This document shows positions 13,021 through 27,453 of a stretch of 64,000 nt of DNA, one piece after another (position 1 is the stretch's first letter; each line of letters begins with the position of its first letter). A program made the translations under genes and the position numbers. The stretch is from Rhina ancylostomus (lineage: Eukaryota): NCBI GenBank assembly GCA_030265395.1, contig JARFYF010000002.1, positions 39,815,987-39,879,986 of the forward strand, written 5' to 3'. The notes under the pieces are model-generated. The model did not search any database, was not told the DNA's origin, and was given only the letters and a program-made list of their open reading frames with translations.

Positions 13021-15869
13021 GACCATGTTTTAAACTATTGTTTCTCCTGTGAGATACATGATTAAACTGTTGGGGTAAAGAAACAGCAAATTTGAGACAG
13101 AACTGGATGACAGGAACATACTATAATATTAAACACTCTAATCTGACTAAAATTAATATTTGAATATATTAACGATTATATCTATCAAGGAAAATGCTCT
13201 TAGGATCAGGGACTGCTTTTGTAGTAAAGCTTATAAGGCATGTTGTGAAGGTTGACATATAACTTCCAATTTATTTTAAGTCAAGGGCACCACCAAGTGT
13301 TGTCTTTCTTAAATTGCTGGAGTTAAATACAGCATTTGTCATTTTTGGAATATTCAGTCATAAATTCTGTAACATTATAATTACAGTGTCAATGCATTCA
13401 TGATATCAGATATCATGAAATTAACTCACCAATAAAGAAACAACAAAAGAAATATAAAAAACATTTCTTTATTTAATACATAAATTAGATCAACATTTAT
13501 ACATTTAACAACACAATAGTTTCACACCATTGTAAATTACATAAAATTTTGATGCACTAAATCTTCACATGATAGCATCTACTGTTTCTTTTGATCCACA
13601 TTTTTATATACTTGCGGTCTTCCATTCACCCTAACGTAGTGTTATTTTAACTGCTTGTGTTTTTCATATTTTTTTCACTTTATTACAGTCACCATCTCCC
13701 CTTTATCAATAGAACTATACTGAAAATCCTAATAACGCCTCAATATTTTCTGATACTTATTTCTTGAAGACATGGTATTGCTATTTGAACTGCTTCCAAC
13801 AAAATAATTCATTCTTGTCCTGAGTCGGTAAGAAAAATTAATACATTCAAAAATGCAATATTAGGCATCCAATGAAAGAACAAACAGAATAAAGGATAGC
13901 GAACACCTAGCACCAACATCTTCTACTTCCGTGCAAGCATAATGTCCATTAGTAAACAAAATAGGAGTGTAAGAAGCATATACAATGTAAAATTCATTAT
14001 GAATGACAGGAAAACAAGACTAGAGAATTAACTTCTTGATCAATACAAAACCATTAATGGTAGGAAATAATTGCCTGCAATACCACTATAAACTCAATGT
14101 TAAAACTATGTTATATACAATCAGTCCATCAAGGTTAACAGTTCTTATTTCTCAAGACTTTTTTTCCCTGTACTGGGAAGATAACATACATGATGATGTT
14201 GATTCAAATAACAGGTACTTTTTCCAGTGGGTTACCTCCGTGCAAATCTTAAACAACAGAAACAGTGCCAGCAACATTCACATGTTTAAGGTTTAAAGAG
14301 AAGTTAGTTTTTCATATATTTATCTTTTGCAATAATTTAATATGTAGTGAAAAGCCTCATCAATATCTATGCAACACAGTTCAGGAGAAAAAATAACTTT
14401 TGCTTCATAGCTCTTTCAGTTAAGTTCATCAATAATGTTCTCACAAAGCTACTTAAAATTCTGCATCCGCATTCATGGACAGGTTTACTCAGTGCACATC
14501 TATGCTTTGGAAATCAAGAATGGTCCAGTTCAACACCATGGCTCTGTTCGGCTAGTTAAACACAGAGAAATTAGTGACAGCTTGAAGAAGTGTCATATTT
14601 GGTTTCAGGAGACCCAAGATAAAGGGGACAATTCTTCCAAGTTCTTATTCTAATTAAAACCTCTGCTACCTCTACAAGTATTCATATATTTTGAGTTAGG
14701 TCAGGGTAGGCAACAATTACATGTCATGAATGCATCTTATCAAATACTTCGCCAAATACCATGAAATATCTCTTGTGATGCTTGGAATTTAATGAGTAAA
14801 TAAATTTTCAACCCTTATTCTCAAGGCCGTGGACAGAGGACTAGAGGCATTCGACACTGGTGAGACTGTGTCCCATTTCAGCATAAACACCTTGAAAGGA
14901 AGCGAATGGAGACATATGTTACAGGTTGAGAGTGAAGAGGGATAGTTTAGCAATGTCTATCACTGGTCAAAACTTGTGGAGAAAATGCTTTTCATAAAGC
15001 AGAAAGTGGATACTCTATCCTTCATGTCTATGTTCCTTCAGAAAGTATAGGAAACAATATGAAAGTAAAATCCAAATCTGTCCTCATCTATGTCTATGCT
15101 CTACATGAATCTCCTTTTACCTTATTCACCTTATTCCACAGTCTTGATATTTTATCCCTTTCTACCTTATTTTGTTGTTTAATTTTCTCCAACTGCATTT
15201 ATACTATTTGCCTCAAATATTCCTTGTGGTCCTAAGTTCCACACTCTAACATATTCTACATTCTTTAGTTTCTCCAGAAATCTATGTCAGGGATTAACAC
15301 TTATATATAATCATCCTCAGCTTTGAAATCAAGCAGAAACAGTTTTTTACTTTATCAAACTCTTTCACAATATTAAAGGTTTATATCAGGGCATCCCTCA
15401 GTTTGTTTAAAGTGTTTTCATAGTTTTCAGTGCTATCGATCTTTTTTGCACCTTTGATTATAGTAGAGATTATAATTATGTATAGTGCTCCAAATGAAGC
15501 TAGTTATACATTTTAATGTAACTGTTCTTCTTCCAATTCTATGTCTCCAGAAATGAACTGTACAGCTTTGCCTTTAATGGCCTTGTAAACCATTTCCCTA
15601 CTTTTGGCAACCTGTACCCCATAAAAGAAAGCAATTTATCTATTCTTTCTACTAAATATATCACCTCACATTAATTTATTCTGAAATTAGTTTATCAATT
15701 TACTGCTGTTTGGTTTGTGTTATCATTTAAAATATTTAAATTGTTTAAGAAGGAAATTTTACATTAATCAGAGGAAAACAAATGCAGTTTGAAAATCTGA
15801 ATAGCTTTAGCACACCAACTATGATCTGATAAATCTATTTTCACAATTTTACTCAATGGTAGCTTTGAA

Positions 15870-16130
15870 TAAAAATAACACAATTTTATTTTAAAAAAAC
15901 AATCAGGATTTGCTTTGAAACCTCTGTTCCTCATTTGGATTTGTAACAGTCCACATGAGGAGCAGCCCAATGCCAAAGAAGGCAGGGAAGCTCAAACCAC
16001 AAGAAATCCACTAACCTGATTTAACTTTTCCATGTTAAAAAAATGTATTCCATAATTAGCACTTGCACTTTTCAAAAGGAGGAGTTGTCAAATTTAACGA
16101 CATGTCAAGAACTCTCTCCTATATAAATAG
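15870..16130 (+). promoter_or_regulatory. proximal promoter of col10a1 copy B (TATA 16120-16129, RUNX-consensus AACCACA 15995-16001)
   Basis: TATATAAATA about 105 nt before a GTATGT donor; block aligns with 46950-47211 upstream of copy C. Confidence 0.7.
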
Positions 16131-16149
16131 AGCAACGTGCATCGTTTAG

Positions 16150-16234
16150 GAAGCACTGCTCCAATTGACATTCTACAATTTCGGAAGATAATCCATTTGG
16201 GATACTACATTGACTGTGGGACCAAATTATGCTG
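16150..16234 (+). other. col10a1: col10a1 copy B non-coding exon 1 (start approximate)
   Basis: Downstream of TATA; donor CTG|GTATGTTTG matches copy C donor CCG|GTATGTTTG. Confidence 0.65.
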
Positions 16235-16619
16235 GTATGTTTGACCTTTCATTTGTAATCAATTCTGTAAGCATGCAACAAAGGATGTATAAGTCAGGAC
16301 AACACATTCTGCTCATGATTAACTACTCTGTTGATGCGATTCTATTTAATTTAAAATTTTCAGTTTAGTTTGCAAATTTTCTGAATCAATTTATCACAGA
16401 ATTATTAAGCAAAAATACATTAACATTGGCCATTAATTACAAAGGCCTCTCAGAAATGTTTAAAATAATTGCAATTTAGAATCATAGCATACAGTATAAA
16501 AGTACCTTAAACCTTGCAATAATTTTGGTGGTCATTAACAAAAACTCTATTAATTAAAAAATAAAACCACCCTTTTTCTAACAGTTTCTGTTAATGTTCT
16601 ACAGATTTAAACTTCAAAC

Positions 16620-16731
16620 ATGGATTCAAAACAGATCTGTGCTCTTTTGTTGTTGGTTTCTGTGACTTTGGTCTACGGAACAGGATTTAATAGATATGCT
16701 TATTTACGCAAAAATGTAAAAAGCCAAGGGG
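16620..16731 (+). CDS. col10a1: col10a1 copy B exon 2 coding part: signal peptide + start of NC2 (MDSKQICALLLLVSVTLVYGTGFNRYAYLRKNVKSQG)
   Basis: Acceptor TTCTACAG ending 16604, Kozak AACATGG, signal peptide like human COL10A1 LLLVSLNLVHG, phase-1 donor G|GTGAGT; too short for the ORF track. Confidence 0.85.
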
Positions 16732-18689
16732 GTGAGTTTAAATATTTCATCTTAAATTTTTGCTACATTTAGTATTACATTTTGCTAACTTAAATGAGAC
16801 AAAGTTAGTAAGTTTAATTTTGGATATTTCTTACTCAAAATTTTGCTTCATTTATCCAGTTTTTTGTTTGTTCCTCAAATCAAGTTACTATTTCTTTGCC
16901 AAACTTGTTAGAAAAAGTTTAGCTCCTGTTCTACTCAATCCATAGTGTTATGTTGACCTCCCTTATAGATTTTCCTCAGTCATGTTTATATCACCATCTG
17001 CAAGTCCCAGTGAGATCAAGAAATAAAACACCATAGAACTGTAGTCGAGAGTTTGCATCTTTGATTTTGTAGCACTGAGAGCCAGAACTCCTGCACTTGT
17101 CCATGTCTAGACCATAACTCATTTAAAAATCAATGTGGCTTGTGGCCGTGCTTACTTTACATTCCTTAGTAAACATTCATGACATATTGCACGGTGCAGG
17201 GTCTAGTGAGTGCAGCAATGTAAATACATGCATACAAACACACTAAAGGGCTTAGACAAGTTAAGAAAATAATATAATCCTGAATCTTAAGATCTTTGAA
17301 ACACAAGTATTTAACTAACTTAAAAATTTTATAATTAAATTTGATTTTGCAATTTAAATGTTTTCAAATATGTTACCAAGATAATTACAGAAATGAAACT
17401 TGTTAACAGTGAGAGCTTAATTTGTATGCGGACATAAAATTTTAAATGAAGATGTGCAAAATAATCTAGAAGATAGGCAAAATTAATCCTAGCTGTCTTA
17501 AATATATGACAAACAATAATTATCCACCTTCATTGATCTATTGATAAGTAACTAATTAAAAACAATTCAAAATGTTATAAGTTTCATACTTATCAAAGCT
17601 AGGGCACCGGCTGTTTTGTTTTATTGAAAATGACAAAAGAGTACCTTTCAATAAAATGCTGAGGAATCACGTATGAAGTGCAAGTTAGGTGCTCAGTTAA
17701 GAAAGGACAAATTCACAACATTTCCTAACAAAGTATGGTCTGAATTGAACTGAATTCAGCTCTCCCACCCTTAAGATTACCCAAGTATGATCCCCCACCT
17801 GTCTGCACTTTTTGGTCTAGATGTGGACAGCTGGGTAAAATGAATCCTGCCCTGGGAAACATTCAGCAAGGCCTTAGTGGCTAGTGAGCTTTGGGCAGTA
17901 CACAAATAACTCTTCACCTCAGGAACGCCCCATGAGATTTTAACAGGAAGCAAGGTTGGAGGGCAGAGCCTTAACTTCTGTCAGAGCCTATGATGACAGT
18001 ATAACAATTTATTAATGTCCATGATATTTAGAGTCATTTAGAACTATTAAAATTACTGTAAAAATAATTTTTAAAATATAAGATTGATTAAGAATCCTAA
18101 AATATAAGAATTTTAAAACAAACTGAAATTATTTTTTTTCAATAAATAATTTAACCTGCTTACCTTATCCTATCTACATTATCAGGACAGAATCACCATT
18201 CAAGTGAATGTTATTGTCATACCTACAACAGTTGTATTCTCAGTTTAATGCTGGGGAATTCCAGCACAATTAGGCCTTGCTGCTGGACTCCAGGTGGAGT
18301 TCAGTGATGAAAATACAGATGTTGAGTCACCTTGTCACTCAACACAGTCCAGGTTTACTTATCCTTGAGGGCCTGAACTCTAGTAGTTCACTTCAGAACT
18401 ACTGGTCACAGCCAGCATAATTCAATCCAGTATTTCTGAAGATGTCCATTGTGAAAAGTTTCTCCAATCCTTTCATCCATTGTCTTCAATTTTTCACTAA
18501 TATGCACACTAAAAATAGCAAAGTAAAATATGCACAAGTATAGGTAAGTTTCCAGCTTTAGAATAAGCACAATTAGCTCACTTTACAGTCTATGCATTGG
18601 AAGTAATTAGTAATAAAAATTTATAAACAATCTCACGGACAACTGAATATAAGCAAATTGTCAAACATTACTAAACAAACATCTTGCTG

Positions 18690-18830
18690 TCAGCTTTGGC
18701 TCAATGATAATAGTTTAGCCTCTGAATCATAGGTTCATGCATTCAGGCCTCAGTTCAGGGTCTGAGTTTATAACCGGACTCATATTTCAGTGCACTGATG
18801 AAGGAGTGATAAATTCTCAAAAATGTAATC
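18690..18830 (+). mobile_element. old tRNA-headed SINE (Deu/SacSINE1-like) fragment
   Basis: TGGCTCAATG...GCCTCTGAATCA..GGTTC head and TTCAGTGCACTGATGAAGGAGTG; similar copies near 32430 and 50260. Confidence 0.4.
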
Positions 18831-21800
18831 TTTTNNNNNNNNNNNNNNNNNNNNNNNNNNNNNNNNNNNNNNNNNNNNNNNNNNNNNNNNNNNNNNNNNN
18901 NNNNNNNNNNNNNNNNNNNNNNNNNNNNNNNNNNNNNNNNNNNNNNNNNNNNNNNNNNNNNNNNNNNNNNNNNNNNNNNNNNNNNNNNNNNNNNNNNNNN
19001 NNNNNNNNNNNNGAGCAGTTGAATGAATTCCTCCAGCATTTTGTGTGTGTTGCTCTAGATTTCCAGCATCTCCAGTCTCTCCTGTGTAGCCTTAAAATAA
19101 GGTTATCTTACCTTCTGTCTCACTGGTGTACATGCTAGTTTGTTTTGTGAACATTGGATGCTCTATTTACTTTATTGCCTGTGAAATACTTTAAGATGGC
19201 CCATAGTCACTAAAGACATGATTTAAATGCACGTTTATTCTTTATTCTTTCTTGTGATTTTATATGCCATTGCGTCATCTGCTAATTTAAGGAATGCATT
19301 AACTTTAATTAATCTACTGTTATTCTTGGAATTGACAATGATAACAACATAAAATTGTGCAACTGGGATAAATTTCATATTCTGCTTAATGGTGAATGGA
19401 ATCTACAATTAAATGTTTAAGTTTCAATTAAATGAATTAGGTGAAATGAAACATGGGAACTAAATTGAATGTTGACATAAGTAGGACCAGATTGGCATCA
19501 CATAACATTGATAGGATTATTACCAGCTGAAACAAAAATTGCCTGGAGGTATTCATGTAGTGGTATGAAAAGCGCTGGTACAAACAAAAGATTTTTTCTA
19601 TAGGTCCCCTTTATTATTGTAATAGGTATGATTAGCCAAGTTAAATGTGCATTTTGTAAAATCTGTAATAATCAATCATGATGATAAACTTAATGCGAGT
19701 GGGAAACCTATTATCACTTGTTGAAATCCATACATAAAAACTTTTCTGTATATTCTGATCTTCTTTACTTGAATGTAGATCTATTCCCCAATATGTCATG
19801 ATATAGTTTAAATATGTTCCTTCTACAGTTTTCCATATTTAAAAATGCGTTTTGGGCACCTCTGCAACAGCATCATTAGGTATCAGGGATAGCCAAAAGG
19901 CCCTTTGTTTTTATGGTATATCGAGATTTGGACCAAGGGCTCCTCCTGATGCAAGTTAAACACAATGTTTACACTGAACTGTAAATATCTGGATTTGCTA
20001 CTACTAACAGTTGGTCCTTTTCTAGCAATGAGGCAAGAGCATTATGAAAAATCCTCCCCACTATAGCAATCCAGATGATGATAAATATATGCTGGAAGTC
20101 CCATATTGCATAAATGTAGCATTCAATCTTTCCTTAAAATACTTTTGCCTTTAGTACTAAAGCTGGAATCTGATTAGAGTAGAGTTAACCTGTTCTTTAC
20201 TGCTTGGAGAAATAGTAGAATCATTGTGGGGGGTATGGGGGAATAGGAGACCTTGCACTGGCTGTTGAATCATGCAAGCTTGCTGTTCACCTTCTCTTGA
20301 AGCCCGGTCTCTCTCACAGCAGGCCCCACATACAGTCATTTGCAGGAAAGCCAGTTCCCAGTTGATCAGAGAGACTCAGTGAACTGCAGGGTCTCTCCAA
20401 GTGCAAAAACATGGCTCCACCTCAGAGCTTACCACNNNNNNNNNNNNNNNNNNNNNNNNNNNNNNNNNNNNNNNNNNNNNNNNNNNNNNNNNNNNNNNNN
20501 NNNNNNNNNNNNNNNNNNNNNNNNNNNNNNNNNNNTGTCAGTTAAACTGGATGTTGATGAATGTCTTTGGTATTTATAAGAACACAAGAAACAGAAGCAG
20601 GTGTAAACCATTTGATCCACTGTGCCTGCTCTGTCATTCAGTAAGATCAGAGCTGATCTTTTAATACTAGCCACTTTCCTACACTAATCCCATATTCCTC
20701 AATTACTTTCATATCCAATTCAAAAACAATTAGGCACTATTAAAAAACAAAGTATTAAAGATATTAAAAATTAAAGTCTTATAAGTATTCCTGCAAAATT
20801 GATGATATTTAAATAAAATGGATCAACTCAAATAAAAAAAAACTATGTGTTGAGAAATCCAAACAAGTTTATGCTGCCTGGTTAGACTCCATGAAGAGTC
20901 CACTGGGACAGCACTAGTATATGATGAGCAGCATCTAGCCAGAAAGGAAGGCTAGACCATACATAGCCAGGACACCACCAATTCAATGGGTAAAAGGCCA
21001 CAAANNNNNNNNNNAATGGATTTGTTGGATTTTAAGCTAAAGCGGACAGAATGTTACAGCACAAACTGCTCAGTCTATTGTACCATCTCCAAAATAGTTA
21101 CTCGTTTCCCAATATTCTTTTAATTATATGTCCCCAAGTAGGAATCTATGTATTAAAACCTTCCACATAAAAGTTCTCTGAATCTTTTGCTTCATTCTTT
21201 TAATTTCCTTGATCAATTTACCAAGTAGAGGATTTTTAAAAGTTTAAATCCTTTATAATTTTGACTGCCCTTTAGCCTTTTTTTCCTGCTTTAATGAAAA
21301 GAGTCACATTTTCTGTATGCCTTGGTATCTTCGTTGGTATTACTTTACTGCACACGTTGTATCCTTGACATACTTCCCAGAGGAATACGTTCAAAAATGC
21401 ACACATTATTCTAACTTTAGTCTAACTAAAGAGTTGTATGATCACAACATTGCCACTGTGCTTTAATATTCTGTTTGACTATATTTCCACCATAACCATA
21501 TCCAAATAGATATACAGATGTACAGGTTATATAAACTTAAAATTTATAGACACGTCACCGTATTTTTGTGGAGATGGGACTGAAGTGATGTAAACAGTTC
21601 TCTTCAAGGTCATACAAAAAAAGTAAGGATCCCAGCTCTTGAAGAGTTGCTTATATTTTTTCACTCCTTAGGCCTACAGAGGTCTAATATGAGCAACCAA
21701 TCACTAACAGACAGCCTGTTCCTCCTCTGCCTCTTTAATCAACATCTGATTTGTCAATCATGGAGTTAGTAAGTGAAATCCAAACTGAAAATGAATGGAG

Positions 21801-22419
21801 CCTCTTGCTGAATTCATCAGTCAGTACCATGGATGCACCGTTGACTTTTCACACTTTATGGGTAAAAGTTCAAAATGGTGCTTTTTGTTTCTCAATTTCT
21901 AAGCACCTTCTCTGCATCTGTAAATGTCCAAGTGAATACACCATTCTCACTAAAGCTTGCATAATAAACTAACACTAAAATAAGAAATAAATCAATATGA
22001 AGACTGCCCTGTGAGACAGAATTCATTAGAGCTACCCTTTCTCCTTGGCAGCTAATGGCCGTTCCAAACTAAAGACGTAAATATGTATTAGGGTAAACCA
22101 CAAACAGTTAACAGAAAATAGGGGTTTCAGCTGGGTTTATAATGTCTTGCTTTTCACTCATGGAGACCATTAAAAAGTTAGAAAATTATAATTCTGTGGG
22201 ACAGTCAGACTTCAAAATGATCTTTAAGAGCCATATCAAAAACATCATTTGAGAACACCATAAAAATCGTAAATTCCAGATGTATAAGTTCATCTTGTTG
22301 AAACAGATTTTGGATGACATACTTTTGCACTTGAATAGGAAGCTTTTGGAGGCAAACTGACTTCTGTCACACAGAAGCCATATGTCAGCTCTCAGACATC
22401 CCCTCATAACCAATGTAGA

Positions 22420-24060
22420 TCATGACCCCACCATTGAACATCAGGCCAAGGTCATCTAGACAGTCATGGATCTCATTTCCTCGGGAGACTTTCCCTCCAC
22501 AACTTCGAATCTTATAGAATCCCAGCCTCACACAGCCCAAAATCCACAAACAGGACTACACATTGTTTCAACCTGTTCTTGCCCCACCAAAATTATTTCT
22601 TCCTACTTTGACTTTATCCTTTCTCCTCTGGTCCAGCCACTTCCCGCTTATATCCGTGACACCTCCAATACCCTCCACCATTTTGACTATTTCTAATTCT
22701 CTGGTCCTAACAGACTCATCTTCGCCATGGACATACAATCTCTTTACACCTCCATCCCACACTGGAATGCTCCGAGGGCCCTCCACTTATTCCTTGAACA
22801 AAGGCCTAGTCTGTTCCCCTCCACCTACACTCTTTCACCTGGTTGAACTTGTTCTCATGCTAAACAACTTCTCATTCAACTCCATTCATTTCCTACAGAT
22901 TAGAGGTGCAGCAATAAGCATTTACATGGCCCCAGGCCTTGCCTATCTTTTTGTGGGATACCTTGAATAGTCTTTGTTTCAGTCCTACGCAGCCCCACTC
23001 TCTCAGCTCTTTTTCTGGCATATTGATGACTACATCACAGCTGTCTCCTGTACTGATGCAGAACCCAACAGCTTCATTACTTTTGCTGCTAATTTCCACC
23101 ATCCCTCACCTTCACATGGTCAATTTCTGACTCTTCCCTTATTCTTTCTGGATCTCTCTGTCTCCATCACAGGAGATAGGCCAGCTACTAACATCCATTA
23201 CAAGCCTGCTGACACCCACAGCTATCCCAATTACTCTTCATTCCACCCTTCCTCCTGTAAGGACCCTATTCCATTCTCCCAGTTCTTCCCTTTCAATCAC
23301 ATTTGCTCTATACTTTCTACACAGGTACCTCTGACATGACTTCTTTCTTTCTGAATGATCTTTCACCCCTACCAGTGTTAACAAAGCCTTAGACCACATC
23401 TCATCCATTTTGCATACCTCTGCTCTCAGTCCATCTCTTCCAGGACAGAACAAGGATAGAGTTCCCCTGGTCCTCACCTTCCATCCCACCAGCTGCTGAT
23501 GTAACAGATCACTCTCCATGATTTCTGCCACCTTCAAACAGATTCCACCATCAGACATATTTCCCCATCTTCCCCGTTCAGCATTTTGCAGGGACCATTC
23601 CCTTGATGACCCCCTGGTCCACTCTTCCATTCCCACCAATCACCCTGTTTTATGACACTTCCCCTTGCAACACTTGTCCTTTCATCTCTTCCCTTCCACC
23701 ACTGAGGACTCAAAACAGTCTTTCCAAGTGAATCACTTCCACCTCTTCCAATCTAGTGTACTGTATTCAGTACTCACAACATGGTTTCCTTTGCACTGGA
23801 GAAAGCAAATACAGATTGGGTAATGACTTTGAGCAACACCTGCATGCAGTTCACAGGGCAACCCTGAGCATCCCATTACCTGCCACTTTAATTCCTTATT
23901 CCACTCCCATTCTGACCTATCTGTCTGTGGCCATCTGTACTATCACAGTGAGACCCAACACAAACTTGAGGAACAGCACCTCATTTTCTGTCTGGGCACA
24001 TTGTCGTCTTCCGGACTCAATATTGAAATCTCCAACTTCAGGTAACTTGATCTCTCAGTC
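22420..24060 (+). mobile_element. Penelope-like element (RT + GIY-YIG), frameshifted
   Basis: IVSTCSCPTKIISSYFDFILSPLVQPLPAYIRDT, MDIQSLYTSIPH, LMLNNFSFNS..FLQIRG, HIDD, and YCIQYSQHGFLCTGESKYRLG..F.QHL (GIY-YIG-like). Confidence 0.85.
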
Positions 24061-24314
24061 TGTATGAGTCATTCATCTGTAATATTATCTCAGCCCTTTA
24101 TTTAAAAGAAACTCTCTGGGAGTGGAGGACATGCCCAGCCTGACCTGCTAGGCCTGTCCACTTGCTCTGCATTTCAAAACTTCCACATTCTTTTGTCTAT
24201 GTCCTCACCCTCTAACTGCTCCCATTCACTCACTGACCAGATAACCTTGTTCAAAAATCTTGTTTGAAAAACTATTCAGCATTTTTATGACCACATCCCA
24301 CAGCAGAGTTTCGG

Positions 24315-25090
24315 AAATAGGAGTGTGAGATGTAAGGTGCTGCATTCTGGGAGATCTGACATAAAGGGAGAGTACACAGTTAATGGCAGGATCTTTAGCA
24401 GCATTGATGATCTTGGGGTCCAGGTACATGGGTCCATAAAAGTAGCCCACACATTGACAGGGTGGTAAAGAAGGCATATGGCATGCTTGTCTTCATTAGT
24501 TGAGGCACTGAGTTCAAGAGCCAGGAAGTTATGTTGCAGCTTTATAAAACTCTGATTAGGCCACAATTATGTGTTCAATTCTGGTCACTTCATTAAACAA
24601 AGGATAAAGAAGCTTTGGAGAGAGTGCAGAGGAGGTTTACCAGGACGCTGCCTGGTTTGGAGGACATGTGGTATGACAAGAGGTTGGACAAGCTGGGGCT
24701 ATTTACTCCAGAGCAGCAGAGGCTGAGGGGAAATTTGATGGAAGTTTATAAAATTATGCAAGGCATAGAGAGACAGCCAGTGTCTTTTTTCCTAGGTTTG
24801 AAATATCTTGTACCAGAGGGCATGCATTTAAGGTGAGAGGGGGGAAATACAAAGGAGATGTGTGAAGCAATTCTTTTTTATATACAGTGAATGGTGGGGG
24901 TCTGGAATGTATTGCCACGGGTGGTGCTAGAGGCAGATACCATAGGAGTGTCTAAGAGGTAGATACGTGAATATGGTCAATGTGCGGGGAAGAGGGATTA
25001 GTTTAACGAGGAGTCATTGGTTTAATTAGTTCTGTACAACACTGTGGGCCAAAGGGCCTGTCCTATGCTCTACTGTTCTATATTCTACGC
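24315..25090 (+). mobile_element. CR1 LINE 3' portion
   Basis: ERVQRRFTRTLPGLE...RLRGNLMEVYKIMQG; tail GGGCCAAAGGGCCTGT...CTGTTCTATATTCTA. Confidence 0.85.
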
Positions 25091-26085
25091 TAAGATTTTA
25101 GTAATTTGCATAACAAACCTGTTCACAATACTTAACAAACTAATCATCAGAGAAACCATCAGAGAAAATCATTTCTTACATCTCAACTACCAATTACTTC
25201 ACTGACTAAAGTTAAGCTAAGTTTGTCACATATTGGAGATATTTACATTCAGCAATAAACATTATTGGCTGTAGCTGACTTTGTTTAAAAAAATTCAAAC
25301 AATAGATTATCTCACAGCATGAACCTGCGGAAACTACTGTGAGAATTTGGCCTGGCATTATCAAGAGCGCTCTGCTTCATAAAGAGCTTCATGTGGGGTG
25401 ACCAATAATATCTATGCCCACAAAATTAAAACAAAAATAATATTCAGTTAGTCACATCCTATGCACTAAATGCACCCAGAACTTGCTTCCAGATGTGAGC
25501 TGAACATGCTCCCAACTGATGTAAAAAAGATGAATTTATTATTTTTAGAGGTCCCTCCCATGACAAATTAGTGGGAAGCCCCATTCTGAACTAAAATAGG
25601 AAGGACCTGCAAAGCAGTATTATCTTTAGGTGAATTAATATCAAGTGGTGGACAGACAAAAATCAACCAGACCAAAAGGGACCAGAACAAGTCATGTCTA
25701 GGAAGTGGATAAAAATCCCTGACAGCTATCTAAGCCATGCTCCCAGCATTCTCAGAAAGTTTGACTAAATGTTTCTGAATCCCCAAGTCATTCAGAAACA
25801 TTCAAAAGAATTGAAATTCAATTAAACAATAAAAAATTGCCTTGAAGCACTCTAAGTGATTAAAAACATTAAAGCGAGCTCAAGTAATTCAAAACTACAA
25901 ATTACCTCATACTTGTACTTGTCCCTCAGACAATCCTATTCATTCAAATGAATTAGTTCAATGGTCCTAAATCAGTGCCAAACTGCTGAGGGTTCAGCAG
26001 GCAAATTCCTCAGTGGAAAATTTGTTGGGACATTTAGAAAGTTCATACTTTGCTGTTGGACTCCATAAGGAACCTAAAGTTAATA

Positions 26086-26400
26086 GGGTGAACATCGTGG
26101 CACAGTGATAGTGCTACTGCATCACAGTCTAATGACCTAGGATTGAACCTAACCTTGGAAGATGTCTGCACTGAGTTTGCACATTCTCTCTACAATGCTC
26201 GAGTTTCCACCAGGTGCTCCAGTTTCCTCACAAATCCTAAAGATACGCTGGCAGTTTAATTGCTTATCCTAAGTGTAAGTAGAGTTGATGGATATGAGAG
26301 AAAGAGAGAAAAGTTGTGGCATACAGGGAAATAAGGTGAGGAGGAATGAGATAAATTGGACTGCGCTACTGACAGCCTGAATGGATTCAATGAGCTTCCT
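26086..26400 (+). mobile_element. tRNA-derived SINE (V-SINE/HE1-like), degraded
   Basis: A-box-like GTGGCACAGTG, B-box-like GGATTGAACC, core GAGTTTGCACATTCTC...GGTGCTCCAGTTTCCTC. Confidence 0.65.
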
Positions 26401-27453
26401 TCAGGGCACTAACAAGTCAAATGTACAGCTGGGAAAACAGCACAAGAACTTTGCCAGGAAATTTGAGGCCTCTGTGCTCATGTCAAGGTCCTGAACTTGC
26501 TAATACACACAGCAGTAAACACCTGCAGCTCAGCACATTCTGGTCCTTTTCTGTAGTGTTCAAAGACACTCTAAGATGAAAAAAAAACAAAGATCTTGTT
26601 AAAAAACTCAAAATATCCAAAAAAAAACTCAAATAGCTATGAGATTTTTGAAATGGTTCTTGGAAGATTTAAATAAATTAATCAGAAAGCATTTTCAAAT
26701 CAAGATTTGTTTTTAAATATCAGAGGCTCTTGCAGCCTCTCCCTTTCATTCTGGTTTCTTAAATCTGTTCCTATAGTCTCTGGGAAACTCACAATCTAAT
26801 CAACGGGCATGAATTGAGTTTCCAGCCCCCTGCTGAACACCTCTGGAAGTCCAGCAACAATTTGTTAACAGCACTTTCTCGACTTTGATAGGTTCACTAT
26901 CATTACCCCACAAAATCTGAACCATTATTTTCTTGAATATTTTCTATGCATAAGAAATCCTGGCTCAGTCCCCTATGGTACTTGCAAACAAACATAGTCT
27001 CATGTATCAATGTAACACTAGGGTTATGGAGCAATTTTTAATTTACTTATTAATTTTCTGAGATCTGATGTCACTGGCAATGCCAGCACTTATTGTTCAT
27101 CCTTAATTGCCCTTGGGAGCAGGTGGTTGATGAAGATTTTTCTACAACTCTTGGGTAAGGTTCCAAGATTTACACTCACAGATCATGAATGACTGGTGAT
27201 ATTTTTCTGAATTGCCAAAAGATGCCTGCTTTTAAACAAGGTGCTTCAGCCCAGAATGGCCCACTCCTCACATATGCCCTGAGCTATTCCTGAAGCCTCA
27301 CCAACCTGCGGCAGTTGTGCAGATCCAAGTGTTCTGCCTCAGCTATCCTGTCAAGCAGAACTGTGTACAAGCTGCAGGTCACACATCCTTAAAACCTGCA
27401 ACTGGACCACAAATGGCCTGTTGACAGCCCACTTCTTTCAAAGACTTTGTCTA

